Of a DNA stretch of 64,000 nucleotides, positions 25,951 to 39,465 are shown piece after piece. The stretch lies in assembly GCF_001194135.2 (NCBI RefSeq), contig NC_068984.1, positions 55,497,896 to 55,561,895 on the forward strand, in the 5' to 3' direction. A model generated the notes under the pieces. It did not search any database and had not been told where the DNA came from. It saw only the letters and a list, made by a program, of their open reading frames with translations. Within the stretch, counting starts at the first letter, position 1. Every line of letters starts with the position of its first letter. Source of the DNA: Octopus bimaculoides (lineage: Eukaryota). A program made the position numbers and the translations under genes.

Positions 25951-26524
25951 ACCGAAAAGGTTTTTTCATACTGAGCTACCCGGCAAAATTGTTAATTATT
26001 AATTTTATTACTAATTGACGATTCCCTGCCCTGCATATCTATATCTATAAATACATGTAGATATATAGAGAACATGTGTGTTCAATTAGATGTACGTATG
26101 TTAATGTTGATTCTAGGGCTCCACATAAATTTCCATCGTCCAGTCTGCTTCCGATACAGTGCTTAGGTTACCATTATACTTGGTTGTATTACTGGTTTGG
26201 ATATAAAGAGTAAATGTAGGAGAAATTATGATAAACACAATTTTGTATCATCTGTTACTTATGTTTCATTGTTGTAGTTGTGTGGAATAACAGCACTGGA
26301 GGTTACAGAAATCAAATGTATCATTTGAGGCATTTGATCTCTGCACCAAAATGCAAAAGATGTGTTCCCTTGATGATCCATTGTGGTTAAGCATTCAATT
26401 ACACTTGGAACATATAATGCTGTGGCTCCAAACGGCAACAACTCACATAGGGGAAAAATGATGCAAACTTGTGTTTATCGTAATTTCTCCTACATTTACA
26501 AGAACACGCGCGCGCACATACACA

Positions 26525-26591
<67 letters not shown>

Positions 26592-27381
26592 GAATACATA
26601 TAAGTATTTATACATATACATATATGTGAATACATACACATATATATATATGTATATATAAGGAAATACATGTATATACACAAGTCGATACAATATATGT
26701 ATATATACACGCGCATAAAAACACAAAAATGTATACATTCACCAAAAAAAAGTGCATACATATATACATATACATACAGGCACAGGTTTGATTGTCTAGT
26801 TTAAAGAATTACCTCAATATCATTGAATCTGATTGCAAGCTTCTTGGATGAATATCTTGTATTATGGCTCCGGGTCGACCGTTACGTTGTTAATAAATAT
26901 GACTGACCGTAACTATGCGGAAGCCCGTCGTGTTTTTGCTTACTTCAGTGTGAGTGTACGAGATTGCATTCATCTCCTACCTCTTCACAATTCGTCTAGG
27001 TTTGTTTACGTCACCGTGAGATAGACTTCGACTATAAAAAAAAAGTGTCCGAATGAATAAATGGCCTTGAAGATTTGAACAACAAAACTTGAAGGCATAG
27101 CCACAGTACGACCACAATCCAATGATTGAAACAAGCAAAAGAATAATCTAGCCTGGAATAGAGAGGGCAAAACCATTGATGAGGTAGCGAATGACAATGA
27201 AAGGATTTTGACAAACATACCTGATTGATTGATTAACCGAAACATTAATCAAACAATCGATTAGTTAATTGGTTAAATAATTAACCAGCTGACAAATAAA
27301 GTCATGAAAAACAACAAGTGTGTATACTTATAATTGGTGTGATAACATGGTCGAGATACAACACAGTTTTTTTGTAAAGAT

Positions 27382-27426
<45 letters not shown>

Positions 27427-27487
27427 CTGCGTGTGTGACTGTGTGTGTATGAGTGTTTGCCTGTGTGTGTATGTGTGTGTGTGTGCA

Positions 27488-27760
27488 TCTGGCATTCCAT
27501 CGTTTACAATGACGAGGGTTTCAACTAATTCGATCAACAGAACAGTGTACCTTTGACGTAGTTCTCACAGACATTCAGTGTGACACAGAATATGGAAAGC
27601 CGGCTCTTTGAAATACAGGTACTACTCACTTTTGCCAGATGAGTTAACTGGAGCACCGTGAAATAAAGTGTCTCGCTCAAGGACAGCGTGATGTGAGACT
27701 TTGAACGCACGACCTTACGATCCGGAGCCGAATAACCTGACGACTTATTCACGCGCCTAC
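27488..27760 (-). mobile_element. tRNA-derived CORE-type SINE, family B
   Basis: The reverse complement carries TCCTTGAGCGAGACACTTTATTTCACGGTGCTCCAGTTAACTCATCTGGCAAAA (CORE-like) and the 3' GAAACCCTCGTCATTGTAAACGATGGAATGCC tail shared with 42854-43172. Confidence 0.8.
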
Positions 27761-27761
27761 A

Positions 27762-27799
<38 letters not shown>

Positions 27800-27934
27800 C
27801 ACACACATATATATGTATGTACTGTATGTGTGTGTATGTATATATATATGTGTGTGTGTGTGTGTATGTATGGATGCATGATTATATGTATGTATGTATG
27901 TATGCATTTCACCGTATCAACCAGACTATCAGAT

Positions 27935-28200
27935 GTTGTTACACGCCGCTGTTAGCCACGATGTACATTGTCGCATTGATGTAGAATTCAAAAGGATTAC
28001 GCCGCGCTGACTAGGTGAGCAGGCCAATATTAACCCTGAACTGCGATCCTATCCGCCTAAGAATTGCCCATTTACAACTGAGTGAACTTCAGCAACGTGA
28101 AATGAATTATTTTACTCAAGACGACACACCGCTTGTTTGAGAATCGAAATCACGGTCTTGTGATCGTTAGTTCAACATCCTAACTCCCAGACTTCACGCT
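27935..28200 (-). mobile_element. CORE-type SINE with a different 3' tail
   Basis: Head and CORE are homologous to family B (CTTGAGTAAAATAATTCATTTCACGTTGCTGAAGTTCACTCAG); the distal half is unrelated to the family B tail. Confidence 0.6.
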
Positions 28201-28877
28201 CTTGTATAAATACGTTTATATGTATGAGTGTATAGGTACGTAAATATAAGTATATTGGGGCACTTCGTACGGACGGTACAAAAATATATACACAAATATA
28301 AATATACACATATAAATATACACAAACAAATATGCATATTACATACATTCACAAATATACAATTATTGCAGATATATATTGCATAAGTGTACATATATTA
28401 CATATCCATATATTTAGACACAGATACCAAAATATGTATGATATAATCTAACAAAGCAAGATATATAAACCATATCATAAATCTGGTAGTGTCCTAATCC
28501 CCAACGGTTTTTTCAAATGAATTACGTTATAACCTTCTCCAACTATAGTTATCATACTCGGTCATAATGTCTTACGTTTAAGATGGTTCCCATACATTCC
28601 CTGAGGAGAAGTTTACATTTTTAACATCGACGATTCCTATGGATCGCATAAATTGTAATTCTTCGAAACATATGTCGGAATAAAGTATGCAGTTATAACA
28701 TGCGTTTACTCCATTCCTTAAATTTGTATATATACTCAAATACCCAAAATATCAAGGAATTTCTGGCTCACTAACAGGAATTACACCACAGTTATTTTGT
28801 GATCTTTGCTACCTTGGTTTCTATTAACCCATTTATTCTATCCGAATTATTATTTATTAGGATAAAATAAATACATA

Positions 28878-28930
<53 letters not shown>

Positions 28931-29651
28931 CACATTGTACAAACCACACGCACAATAAAACTGAATAATGATATACATGCATTCATGCATAATTATGTCA
29001 ATAGGTAATACTTGCACAGGGCTGTATATATATACATACATACGTACGTACAAATGCTAACACGGACACAAACAAACACAGAAACCCACAAAGAGACACT
29101 ATCAAACAGACACAGAAGCACCTAAATACATGCACTTAACTATGCATACACTCAAACAAATGTACTCAGAATACCTGAAAGACCTACACACAAGAACAAA
29201 AATTAAAAAAGCATAAAATAGAAGACTAACACCAACATATATATTCACACATAGCAACACATATACGCAATCACATGCAAACTCAGTCACGTAAACATAC
29301 ATGGATAGGTTAATTGAATGGAACTTAGAAAATATGTTCTTTGTTTGAGACAAAATCTCCATATTATTAGTCAATCTCCGCCCAGATTTCTCTTGTTAAT
29401 TTAGTTTGTTTTATCACTGTTTAAACTATTCTCTCTCTCCCTCTTCCTCTTCCTCTCCTTCTCACTCCCTCTCTCTCTGTTCCATTCTCTCTCTTCTCTC
29501 TACCTATATTGATCTCTTCCGTCCGCATTATTCTCTACATTATTCAAACATACACACATAAACAGAATTTACAGAAAACGTTTGATTTGTTTCGTTTTGC
29601 TTATTACAGAATATAATATTGTGAATATATAATAGTATATAATATAATATG

Positions 29652-29751
<100 letters not shown>

Positions 29752-29789
29752 TTATATATGTGTGTGTGTGTATTGTAAAAACACAAAAG

Positions 29790-30460
29790 ATACGAGTTTT
29801 AACAAATGTATTAGTTTATCGCTGAAAAGAAAGAGGAAGAGTCTTGACGGTTGAGAAGGAAAGTAACGGGGGCGAGTGAATGAGAAAAAGCGATTCAGAG
29901 AAAAATAGTGTGGGAGTTAAGGACCAGGTATAAATGAGTTTGTGTAGAGAAGGTTAATATGGGAGAATGGGTGAAGTGGGTTTGTGTATAGCGTACAGGC
30001 GTGTATCTGTGTATTGAATTGGGCATAGGAGGAGTTGTGAGGGTATGAATTTTGAGGCGAGATATATGTTTGTAGATGTATTCAAAGTGTGGAATTGTAG
30101 TGGCGATGGATAATGCTGGTGGCTGGTGTATAAGTGAAATGATATTGTGTGCAAGGAAAGCGTGGATAAGAGGAGGCGGCAGCAGGCGCTAGTGTAAGAT
30201 GAAAGGGAAATCTAAGGCAATGTGAAGGGTGTGGAATATTTGTACAATAGTATGGGTGAGACATGTTGGTAGAGAAGTGAAAGTTAGAGAAGAAAATTAT
30301 AGAGAGAGAAAATAACAACAGTTCGATAAAGAAATTGCATTTGTGTTTCAGTAAGAGATGAAACGAAAATTAGTGGAGCATGTGGAGTAGAAAGAACAAA
30401 GTGATAGAGGTGTGTACATGTATCGTAATATGAAACGTAAAGCATATAAGTGGAAGAGAG
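29790..30460 (-). mobile_element. Decayed Penelope-like element (RT piece, linker, GIY-YIG end, pLTR)
   Basis: FLYRTVVIFSLYNF (RT), HCLRFPFHLT (linker RFPFPLTY), DTP..HF and KLIY near the end, then pLTR-like sequence similar to 5160-5230. Confidence 0.6.
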
Positions 30461-30493
30461 AAAATTATTTAAAAAAAAGTAAATAATAACCAT

Positions 30494-30703
30494 TTCTATT
30501 ATAGGCACAAGACCTGAAATTTTATTGGAGGGTCTATTCAATAACATCGATCCGAGTGCTTGACGGCTACTTAATTCATCGACCCCGAAATTCCGGAAAG
30601 TAAAGTCAGCTACGGAAAGATTTCAACTCAGACTGTAAACACGGACAAAATGTAGCTAAACATTTTGTCCGGCGATCTAATGATTATGGCAGTTCACCAT
30701 CTT
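30494..30703 (-). mobile_element. Family A SINE
   Basis: TAGGCACAAGACCTGAAATTTT ... CATCGACCCCGAAA ... TTCAACTCAGA. Confidence 0.7.
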
Positions 30704-30712
30704 AAATAATAA

Positions 30713-30872
30713 TTCTTTCAATTATAGGCAAAAGGCCTGATTTTTTGGAATAAGAGGTTAGTCGATTATATCGACCCCAGTGTTCACCTGGTACTTACTT
30801 TATCAATCCATAAAACGTGAAAGGCAAAGTTAACCTCAGCGGAGTTTGTAGTCAGATCGTAAAGCCGCCTGA
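30713..30872 (-). mobile_element. Family A SINE whose head is replaced by a (GAA)n array
   Basis: TAGGCAAAAGGCCTGA...ATCGACCCCAGTG...GAAAGGCAAAGTTAACCTCAGCGG, ending abruptly in (AGA)n. Confidence 0.7.
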
Positions 30873-30873
30873 G

Positions 30874-31345
30874 AGAAGAAGAAGAAGAAGAAGAAGAAGA
30901 AGAAGAAGAAGAAGAAGAAGAAGAAGAAGAAGAAGNNNNNNNNNNNNNNNNNNNNNNNNNNNNNNNNNNNNNNNNNNNNNNNNNNNNNNNNNNNNNNNNN
31001 NNNNNNNNNNNNNNNNNNNNNNNNNNNNNNNNNNNNNNNNNNNNNNNNNNNNNNNNNNNNNNNNNNNNNNNNNNNNNNNNNNNNNNNNNNNNNNNNNNNN
31101 NNNNNNNNNNNNNNNNNNNNNNNNNNNNNNNNNNNNNNNNNNNNNNNNNNNNNNNNNNNNNNNNNNNNNNNNNNNGATGAGGAGGAGGGGGATGAGGAGG
31201 AGGGGGATGAGGAGGAGGGGGATGAGGAGGAGGAGATGGAGGAGTCAGCCTATCACTAGAACGCCTCTCAACTCTAGCAAAAACGGCAAAAGAACTTCAG
31301 AGAATGGTGGAAGCTTAGAAGAAGAAGAAGGACGATGATAAGGAA
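30874..31345. repeat. (GAA)n / (GATGAGGAGGAGGGG)n array spanning a gap and containing a Tigger fragment at 31243-31316
   Basis: Directly visible; the fragment matches the reverse complement of 6175-6250. Confidence 0.9.
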
Positions 31346-31663
31346 GAGGAAGAGGAGGGTTAAACAGAAACAAAAACATGAGAGATGAGGTGAGAGTTCA
31401 GGGATAGAGAGAATAACAAAAACAATGAAGATAAGTCATTTACAATAAAATACTGTGGACTGTGGATAGACATATATAGAAAGACGGCTGATTACTATGT
31501 AATCGTTGCTTAAGTAGTGGAAAGACAGAAGGTGATAAAAGAAGCGAAGTGAAGGTGTAAACACGTGTAGCGATTTTAAAAGAAAGGGGAAGAAAAGTGC
31601 GATATCATGGAGATAAAGAGAACAAAGAAAAAATGAAGAAAACACTTCACGTTAAAACATGGA

Positions 31664-31699
<36 letters not shown>

Positions 31700-31735
31700 A
31701 GAGAGAGAGAGACGCACGGACACACACTCACACAT

Positions 31736-31736
31736 G

Positions 31737-31775
<39 letters not shown>

Positions 31776-31806
31776 CGACGATGACGGTGACGACGACGAC
31801 GACGAC

Positions 31807-31854
<48 letters not shown>

Positions 31855-31855
31855 A
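31736..31855. repeat. (GAT)n(GAC)n(GAT)n compound trinucleotide repeat
   Basis: Directly visible. Confidence 0.95.
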
Positions 31856-32069
31856 TTTGTCACATCTTGTCACAGAATAGCCGTCTCATATTCAGCCTGA
31901 TCTTATTCACTTTCATCCCTGCTTGTGCGCTAATATGTCTTTAGACATCACCACGCATATATCGCCATTGTACTTTATAAAATACAAAATGGTTCAAGAA
32001 ATGAAATGATTGTAAGACAGTTATATGTCATTGAATTTAAACGGTAAATGTAAAACATTTTGCCACTCC

Positions 32070-32325
32070 CTCGGTGACCATAGTAGGTTCCAGTGACAGA
32101 CATTGCAAGATAACTGGTATTATCTTGACTGAAGTTTTATGTCAGTGTATTATTCTTTTTGAAGATCTGCCTTCCTATGGCTTCTCTACCACTGAGACAC
32201 CTTTTCAATTCATAGATGATACCCTGTAATGATGATTAAGAGGGTGACCCCACGCTTCCCACAACTCCAGAGCTCCTGAACTGGAGCCCCATCAGAGGAT
32301 GCAGCTTAATGTCCCACCCTGGAGA
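32070..32325 (-). repeat. Probable interspersed repeat (CTCCAGAGCTCCTGAACTGGAGCC...GATGCAGCTTAATGTC)
   Basis: Resembles, from memory, an abundant octopus non-autonomous repeat; single copy in this window, so unverified. Confidence 0.4.
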
Positions 32326-32444
32326 TATATATGTATGTGTCTGTGTGTGTATGTATGTGTGTGTTTGTATGTGTGTGTGTATGCGTGTGTGTATTCGTGT
32401 GTGCATGTACGTATACTCGTATATAAATCCACACACAACCACGT

Positions 32445-33500
32445 TTATATATAACAGATGAAATGTTTAAGAAGTTTACATAGCTGGTGCAATGACCTTG
32501 AAGATAGAAGCTGATAAAAGGAAGGAAGCAGGGGTGTAGTAAGGACGCGTTGAGTTGTAGTTTGGCGAAGGGGTAAAATAGGAGAAAGTAGAGGCGCAAT
32601 GGCCCAGTGGTTGGAAATGTCAGCGGAGCGGATGTTTGCCGAGTGACAGGTGTCTGTTACCAAATCTGACGTCTCTGAGGTATTTCAGAGACCTGTCAGC
32701 CAGCCAGCGGCTTATGTCATTAAGATTTCAGAGGGAAAATTGGAGCTCATATATTAATGTTATTAAAAGTGTAACAAAAAGATTTCCTAATGCAGAAGTT
32801 GCAGTGCTTAGGTCCGTTAAGGATGATGGTCTTGGAAAGAAAAGGACAAGTATGGCAGTGGGAATGAGAGTATGGACATAATCCTGAAGGAGGACGGAAT
32901 GTACAAACGAAAAAACTATAGATGAAGGCACGGTTGGAGAAAGAAACGGGTAGAACGGAGAAGTAGCAGGAGACGGCAGAGCCAGACTGGAGACGGCAGA
33001 GCCAGACTGGAGACGGCAGAACCAGACTGGAGACGCCGAAAGAGGCAGAAGATGCTGCGAGGTAGGGGCAGGGTTTTAGGATGGCAGATAAGAGGGAAAG
33101 AGATGTAGAGGGTGGGAATCCGTATGAAAGGCAATCAACAGTGACGGGAGAAAGTTAAGTGGATAGGGGAGAATAACTAACCACGACGAATGAAGAGGCT
33201 GGCTATATGCTGAACCTGCGTCTGGAAGTCATGGTTACAGCTGCAGAGGCACCGGAAATGGAGAAACTGAGAATAAGTGATGAAGCCTTTGGAGTGAATA
33301 AGGTACGGGAAGTCAACATAGGAGTGGGAGTTAGTGGATTTGCAGAAAACGGAGGTAGTGGGTGTGAGGATAGGGTACTCGATGGAGATAGTGATGTTGA
33401 ATTCCCCAGGAAATAATCGTCTAATCCTTTAGATAGTGTATATAATTTGTCGTAATGAGGAAATCCATTGAGAGTCACTCTGTTTTGTTTGTTTACGACT
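32445..33500 (-). mobile_element. Penelope-like element: RT C-terminus, linker and GIY-YIG endonuclease, frameshifted
   Basis: KGLDDYF (RYxDD-like), TSVFCKSTNSHSY, YSQFLHFRCLCS..DF...FIRRG, FPLICHPKTLPLPRSIFCLFRRLQS, CHTCPFLSKTIILNGP, RWLADRSLKYLRDVRFGN. Confidence 0.8.
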
Positions 33501-36200
33501 GGTGCAAATTTATTGCAGACATTCTGGCTCGTATCATTTAGTTCGCAAATATAATCAATGAATATTACCAGAAAACTCCAAGTATCCACGCTTGGGGTTT
33601 TGTACAAGCACATTCAATTGTGGATTATGATATTGTTTATTGAATAGTTTCTTCTGCCAAGTGAAATGATTACATGTGATTATAACTAGGCGAGTTTAAT
33701 GTAACACTTTGTACGTACACGGATGTAGGCTCAAGTTATATATATANNNNNNNNNNNNNNNNNNNNNNNNNNNNNNNNNNNNNNNNNNNNNNNNNNNNNN
33801 NNNNNNNNNNNNNNNNNNNNNNNNNNNNNNNNNNNNNNNNNNNNNNNNNNNNNNNNNNNNNNNNNNNNNNNNNNNNNNNNNNNNNNNNNNNNNNNNNNNN
33901 NNNNNNNNNNNNNNNNNNNNNNNNNNNNNNNNNNNNNNNNNNNNNNNNNNNNNNNNNNNNNNNNNNNNNNNNNNNNNNNNNNNNNNNNNNNNNNNNNNNN
34001 NNNNNNNNNNNNNNNNNNNNNNNNNNNNNNNNNNNNNNNNNNNNNNNNNNNNNNNNNNNNNNNNNNNNNNNNNNNNNNNNNNNNNNNNNNNNNNNNNNNN
34101 NNNNNNNNNNNNNNNNNNNNNNNNNNNNNNNNNNNNNNNNNNNNNNNNNNNNNNNNNNNNNNNNNNNNNNNNNNNNNNNNNNNNNNNNNNNNNNNNNNNN
34201 NNNNNNNNNNNNNNNNNNNNNNNNNNNNNNNNNNNNNNNNNNNNNNNNNNNNNNNNNNNNNNNNNNNNNNNNNNNNNNNNNNNNNNNNNNNNNNNNNNNN
34301 NNNNNNNNNNNNNNNNNNNNNNNNNNNNNNNNNNNNNNNNNNNNNNNNNNNNNNNNNNNNNNNNNNNNNNNNNNNNNNNNNNNNNNNNNNNNNNNNNNNN
34401 NNNNNNNNNNNNNNNNNNNNNNNNNNNNNNNNNNNNNNNNNNNNNNNNNNNNNNNNNNNNNNNNNNNNNNNNNNNNNNNNNNNNNNNNNNNNNNNNNNNN
34501 NNNNNNNNNNNNNNNNNNNNNNNNNNNNNNNNNNNNNNNNNNNNNNNNNNNNNNNNNNNNNNNNNNNNNNNNNNNNNNNNNNNNNNNNNNNNNNNNNNNN
34601 NNNNNNNNNNNNNNNNNNNNNNNNNNNNNNNNNNNNNNNNNNNNNNNNNNNNNNNNNNNNNNNNNNNNNNNNNNNNNNNNNNNNNNNNNCGCTTTTGCCG
34701 AACCGCTATTTGACTTTAATAAAACAAAATATTTGTTTCTGTTTCTGAAACGTTAATTTAAAAAATTGTTTCCCTGATTTCTGGTATTGTGATGTAAACT
34801 ACCCTAAAAATGCCAGATCTATTTTACCGCTCAGTGGTCTATCCCGCAGTCTTTATTGTGTTTCTTCTTTCATTTTCTCTCTTTTTCTTTTTTTTTTTTC
34901 TACACCACAAAGCAAGGGACATAATTACGGCTAGGAATGATGATCCAATGACTGCTAAGGCAGAGCAAGGTGCCAGTAATATGTTGAGAAATGTTAAATG
35001 CTTGTGCAATAAACCGAAGTGCGATTAATTTGTTTATCACCTGTAACACTCCAAAGCTCTGTATGAGGTTATAGATTCCATTATTAATATTTTCCTAATT
35101 GTAAACATTAATCCTTTTCAATGTGTAATTGAATAATTTTATTTCTAAACTTCGCTATTTGACTATGATACGATTACAAAAATACGTGTGCAACAGAGTC
35201 AAATCAAAACCCTCTTGGGCGAATATTTTAGAAGGACAGCACTTAATGCTTAATTGATTGACGTACAGTTCATTAAGCAAATGCCTGAGTTAAGTATGAC
35301 AGAAATAATTGTGTAAACAGTTTGCTGAAAATACTGTCCAGGTTTAATGACATTTTCTCGTGACATCCAGACATGTGAATGTGTAAACTACTAGCGCCCG
35401 TTTTAATGGTTATCATACGGCAATACAGCCATTAAAACAATAAATAAAAGCTGCTGTTAACCAGCCCCTCAGTTCTGAAACATTTACCATTACTAAACAA
35501 TATTAAAGAGGCGATAAAATAGAAATCTGTTGTTTTCTAAGAAAGACGTACAAAACACGATAAATTCTTCAAAAGAATTTCATTGAAAACTAAAACGAAA
35601 CAAGAATAGATATTGTAAATGAAAGCTATTTATAAGAAAGAAACAAATATCGGTAGAATTAAACGAGGATTATTTGTGCAATGCGAGGAGAATAAAAACA
35701 TCAGGCAATGACAGACAAACGATATAGCAATTTCCATGATATTTTATTAATAAATAATTCCCTTCCACGAATATAAGTCGGCATCAGATTAGCTTATATT
35801 CTAAATCTCAGTAAATAATAAAAGAAGCAAATGAAAGATCAGCAGAGAAAGAATGCCTATTCATTCATAAAGTCGAAAAATAGAAAATTTAGCAAGTCAT
35901 ATATAAAACAATATAATGACGCAAGAAGAGAAGATATTGATTAGTTTAGTGAATACAAAAGCCAAAGAGGATTCCATTATATCTGCGTGCGTATGTGTGT
36001 GTGTGTGTGTGTGTTTGTGCGTCTGTGTGTGCTTGTATGTATGTATCATGTATGTATGTGTACGTGCTTATGACTGCGTGTGTGTATGTACGTGAGGATA
36101 CACGCGCCTGTGAGCATGTTTGCATGTATGAATAAGTGAGGGTTTATGCATTTTTACGTATTACGGTGTGTATGTGTGAGCATGTGTGTATGTCTATATG

Positions 36201-36234
<34 letters not shown>

Positions 36235-36330
36235 GTGTGTGTATGTGTGTATATATATATATGTGTGTCTATATATATATATACACATGTACATGTATAT
36301 ATATATATAGACACACATATATGTATATGT

Positions 36331-36364
<34 letters not shown>

Positions 36365-36379
36365 NNNNNNNNNNATATA

Positions 36380-36416
<37 letters not shown>

Positions 36417-36914
36417 GTATGTATATATGTATATATTTATATATACATCATAGCAATATATCATATCAGAGCCACCACCTTATATAACCATAAGAACAAT
36501 GAACAATGTCTTAAACACTATGTTCCCGTAAACAAGATGCTTAACAATGCATCCGGATAAATTCGCTTAAAATGATATAAAATCAGGGGAAAATGTCAAA
36601 AATATTACAATAGAGATTACTGAGAGTTTGAGTAATTTCAAATGGTTGCATTGCAACTAACAATCTTGTACGAAATTAGTATAGAACTGTCATGTGTGGG
36701 AGAAGAAACAGGTTAGGAATCTATTTACCATTCTTTAAAACTTAATGTAAATATATATGCATGTATACACGAAAGCAATTACATTCAATGTGAGAGTTTG
36801 TGAGTGCAAATCTTTTTGTATATGTATTCCTGAGTCTGTCTTACTCTGTATGTATATTTGAATGCCTGCTATATGCAAATAGATAAAGACACAGACATAC
36901 ACACATACAGACAC

Positions 36915-36969
<55 letters not shown>

Positions 36970-38376
36970 NNNNNNNNNNNNNNNNNNNNNNNNNNNNNNN
37001 NNNNNNNNNNNNNNNNNNNNNNNNNNNNNNNNNNNNNNNNNNNNNNNNNNNNNNNNNNNNNNNNNNNNNNNNNNNNNNNNNNNNNNNNNNNNNNNNNNNN
37101 NNNNNNNNNNNNNNNNNNNNNNNNNNNNNNNNNNNNNNNNNNNNNNNNNNNNNNNNNNNNNNNNNNNNNNNNNNNNNNNNNNNNNNNNNNNNNNNNNNNN
37201 NNNNNNNNNNNNNNNNNNNNNNNNNNNNNNNNNNNNNNNNNNNNNNNNNNNNNNNNNNNNNNNNNNNNNNNNNNNNNNNNNNNNNNNNNNNNNNNATATA
37301 TATATATATATATATATACTCCTTTACTTTTACTTCAGTCAGTGTACAGTAGCTAGTCTTGCCAAGCCATCACCTTCACGTCTTCATTGATTCAATAACC
37401 TTAGTTCTGACTTTTTAAAAGTCTGATACGTATTCCATATATATTTCTTTGGGCAAAGTCATTATTTTACAGGAGTGTAAACAAACTAATCTTGGTTGCC
37501 AAGCGTTGACAAATACACACAAACACAAACAAGCACTCTTACACACACGCACACACACACACACACTCACACACACACGTAAATATATACATATATACAT
37601 AGATGCATACACAAATACATGCAAGCATGCATACATACGTACACGCATTATATTAATCTTCGTATGTAGGTATGCCTGCCTGCATGCATGTATGTCTGTA
37701 TGTATATATGTATGTAACACCGAAACAATGGTAGTAATTATAATAGGTTTTATAACTTGCTACTTTGCTTGTAGTTATATTAACAGTTTCTAACTAAGAA
37801 AATATGCAGGAGGTAAACGTTTGAGATCAGTGCAGACAGCTTAAATGCCGTATAGCATCTTTTTAAACACCACCTCCTAAACAGCAACGCAAAAATGAGT
37901 ATGTGAATCTAGTACTGGAAAGCGAAAGCAACAATATCCTACGTGGCGGCAGTAACCTCCTCAATAGGTATTCTGTTCCTAATGACCTCTCTTATAACCC
38001 CCAAACAGCTGAGCTAACTTGTCTTGAAGAGTACCTAAGTATGAAACGATCATCATAACAAATTATACAAAAAATATCTATCGGTATGCATAGAACATTC
38101 AGTTTCTATACGAAGGTTATGATTTCATGTTTATACCAATGATAAATAGTTCACTTTGTTATGTTACTAAATATGTAAGTAATAATGTGACTACGTCGTG
38201 GATTTCAGAAAAAGTAATCAACCAGCTAACACGCAAATCACAAATGAAGATATGCAAAACTTCTCAAGTTACCATCTTCAACATTGAATGAAGCTTTCAA
38301 ATAAAAATGGAAAATGACACATGTATATGCATTTATGCATACACACTAAGTCTGTGGATAGCTGAATCAGTGGAGT

Positions 38377-38545
38377 GATGGGAACAATTCGCTGTTGCTT
38401 TTAGTTACGTCCATAATGTCCTGAGTTCAAATTCTAGCGTGGTTATCTTCTTCACTTATCCATCTGTTACTGATAAAATAAGTAATGCTTAAGTAATGAA
38501 GCCAGTTAATCATTTATGCCTTCTCCCAAAATGCGTGGCTTTATA
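38377..38545 (+). mobile_element. Very degenerate family A SINE
   Basis: GTCCTGAGTTCAAATTCTAGCG B-box and CTGATAAAATAAGTA body remnant. Confidence 0.4.
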
Positions 38546-39396
38546 TATCGGGATTATCTGGCGCAGAAAGACGGTGAATTTTATCTTTAGATATTTTAAG
38601 TACAAATCCAGCCAAGGTTAATTTTACTCATTTTTCCCGAGATAAGGTAAATATACTAACATCCTTCTCTCCAAACTGCTGGCCTTGTGCCTAAATAAAA
38701 AGCAATTGACTGATGTTGAGATTATAATAACTTGCATTGTATTATTCTCTTGGGCTCACCAAGTTTTGTCTCTTAGTTTTGCCGGAACAAATAAATAAAT
38801 TTTTAGCTTGTCTACATGTTTATAGTGGCCATAAGAATATACTGAGGAAACAAATTTTATGCATGGCCACGCGTGTATGGTAGACAAAAAATGTACTCAT
38901 TTTTTATTTAGTGAGTCATGGGTAGTCGTTCTCACACAATATCGATCAAATATATTTTGAACAATGTTTCTTCTAATAAAGATACTTGGATAAGTTCTGA
39001 AGGAAGATGTTTGTAATGATAATAAAAAAAAATGATTTCACTAAAGATTTGGTAGTGTATTTCAGACACTAAGTCTATTGGTATGTTATTCTATTCTAGA
39101 TCTGGTTACCATCTAAAATCACTAACTATTCAGTATTGGTTTACATCGAGTTAGAAGATAGAAGGTAAGAAGGAAAACAAAATTATAAAGAAAGAATTGA
39201 AGAAAAGTTCCTCCTATAATATCAGTGAACGAGTGTATCTTATAGAGATTAAGTCATTTGTGAAATGTCTCGTTTTATTCATATTTGAATTAGTTAATAT
39301 ACCAATATATCATAGACGAACCTAAAATATGTGTATTCATAAATTCAGTCATACATATTCAGTCATAGGTATATGTGTGTGTATTGTTTGTGTGTG

Positions 39397-39465
<69 letters not shown>

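Noticed and set aside
31380-31645. Purine-rich stretch with a 69-aa minus-strand ORF between two PLE fragments
   Set aside because: It may be PLE-derived, but no diagnostic motif was found.
32445-32663. SADISNHWAI resembling the SDH motif of an APE-type LINE endonuclease
   Set aside because: The surrounding motifs clearly belong to a Penelope GIY-YIG element.
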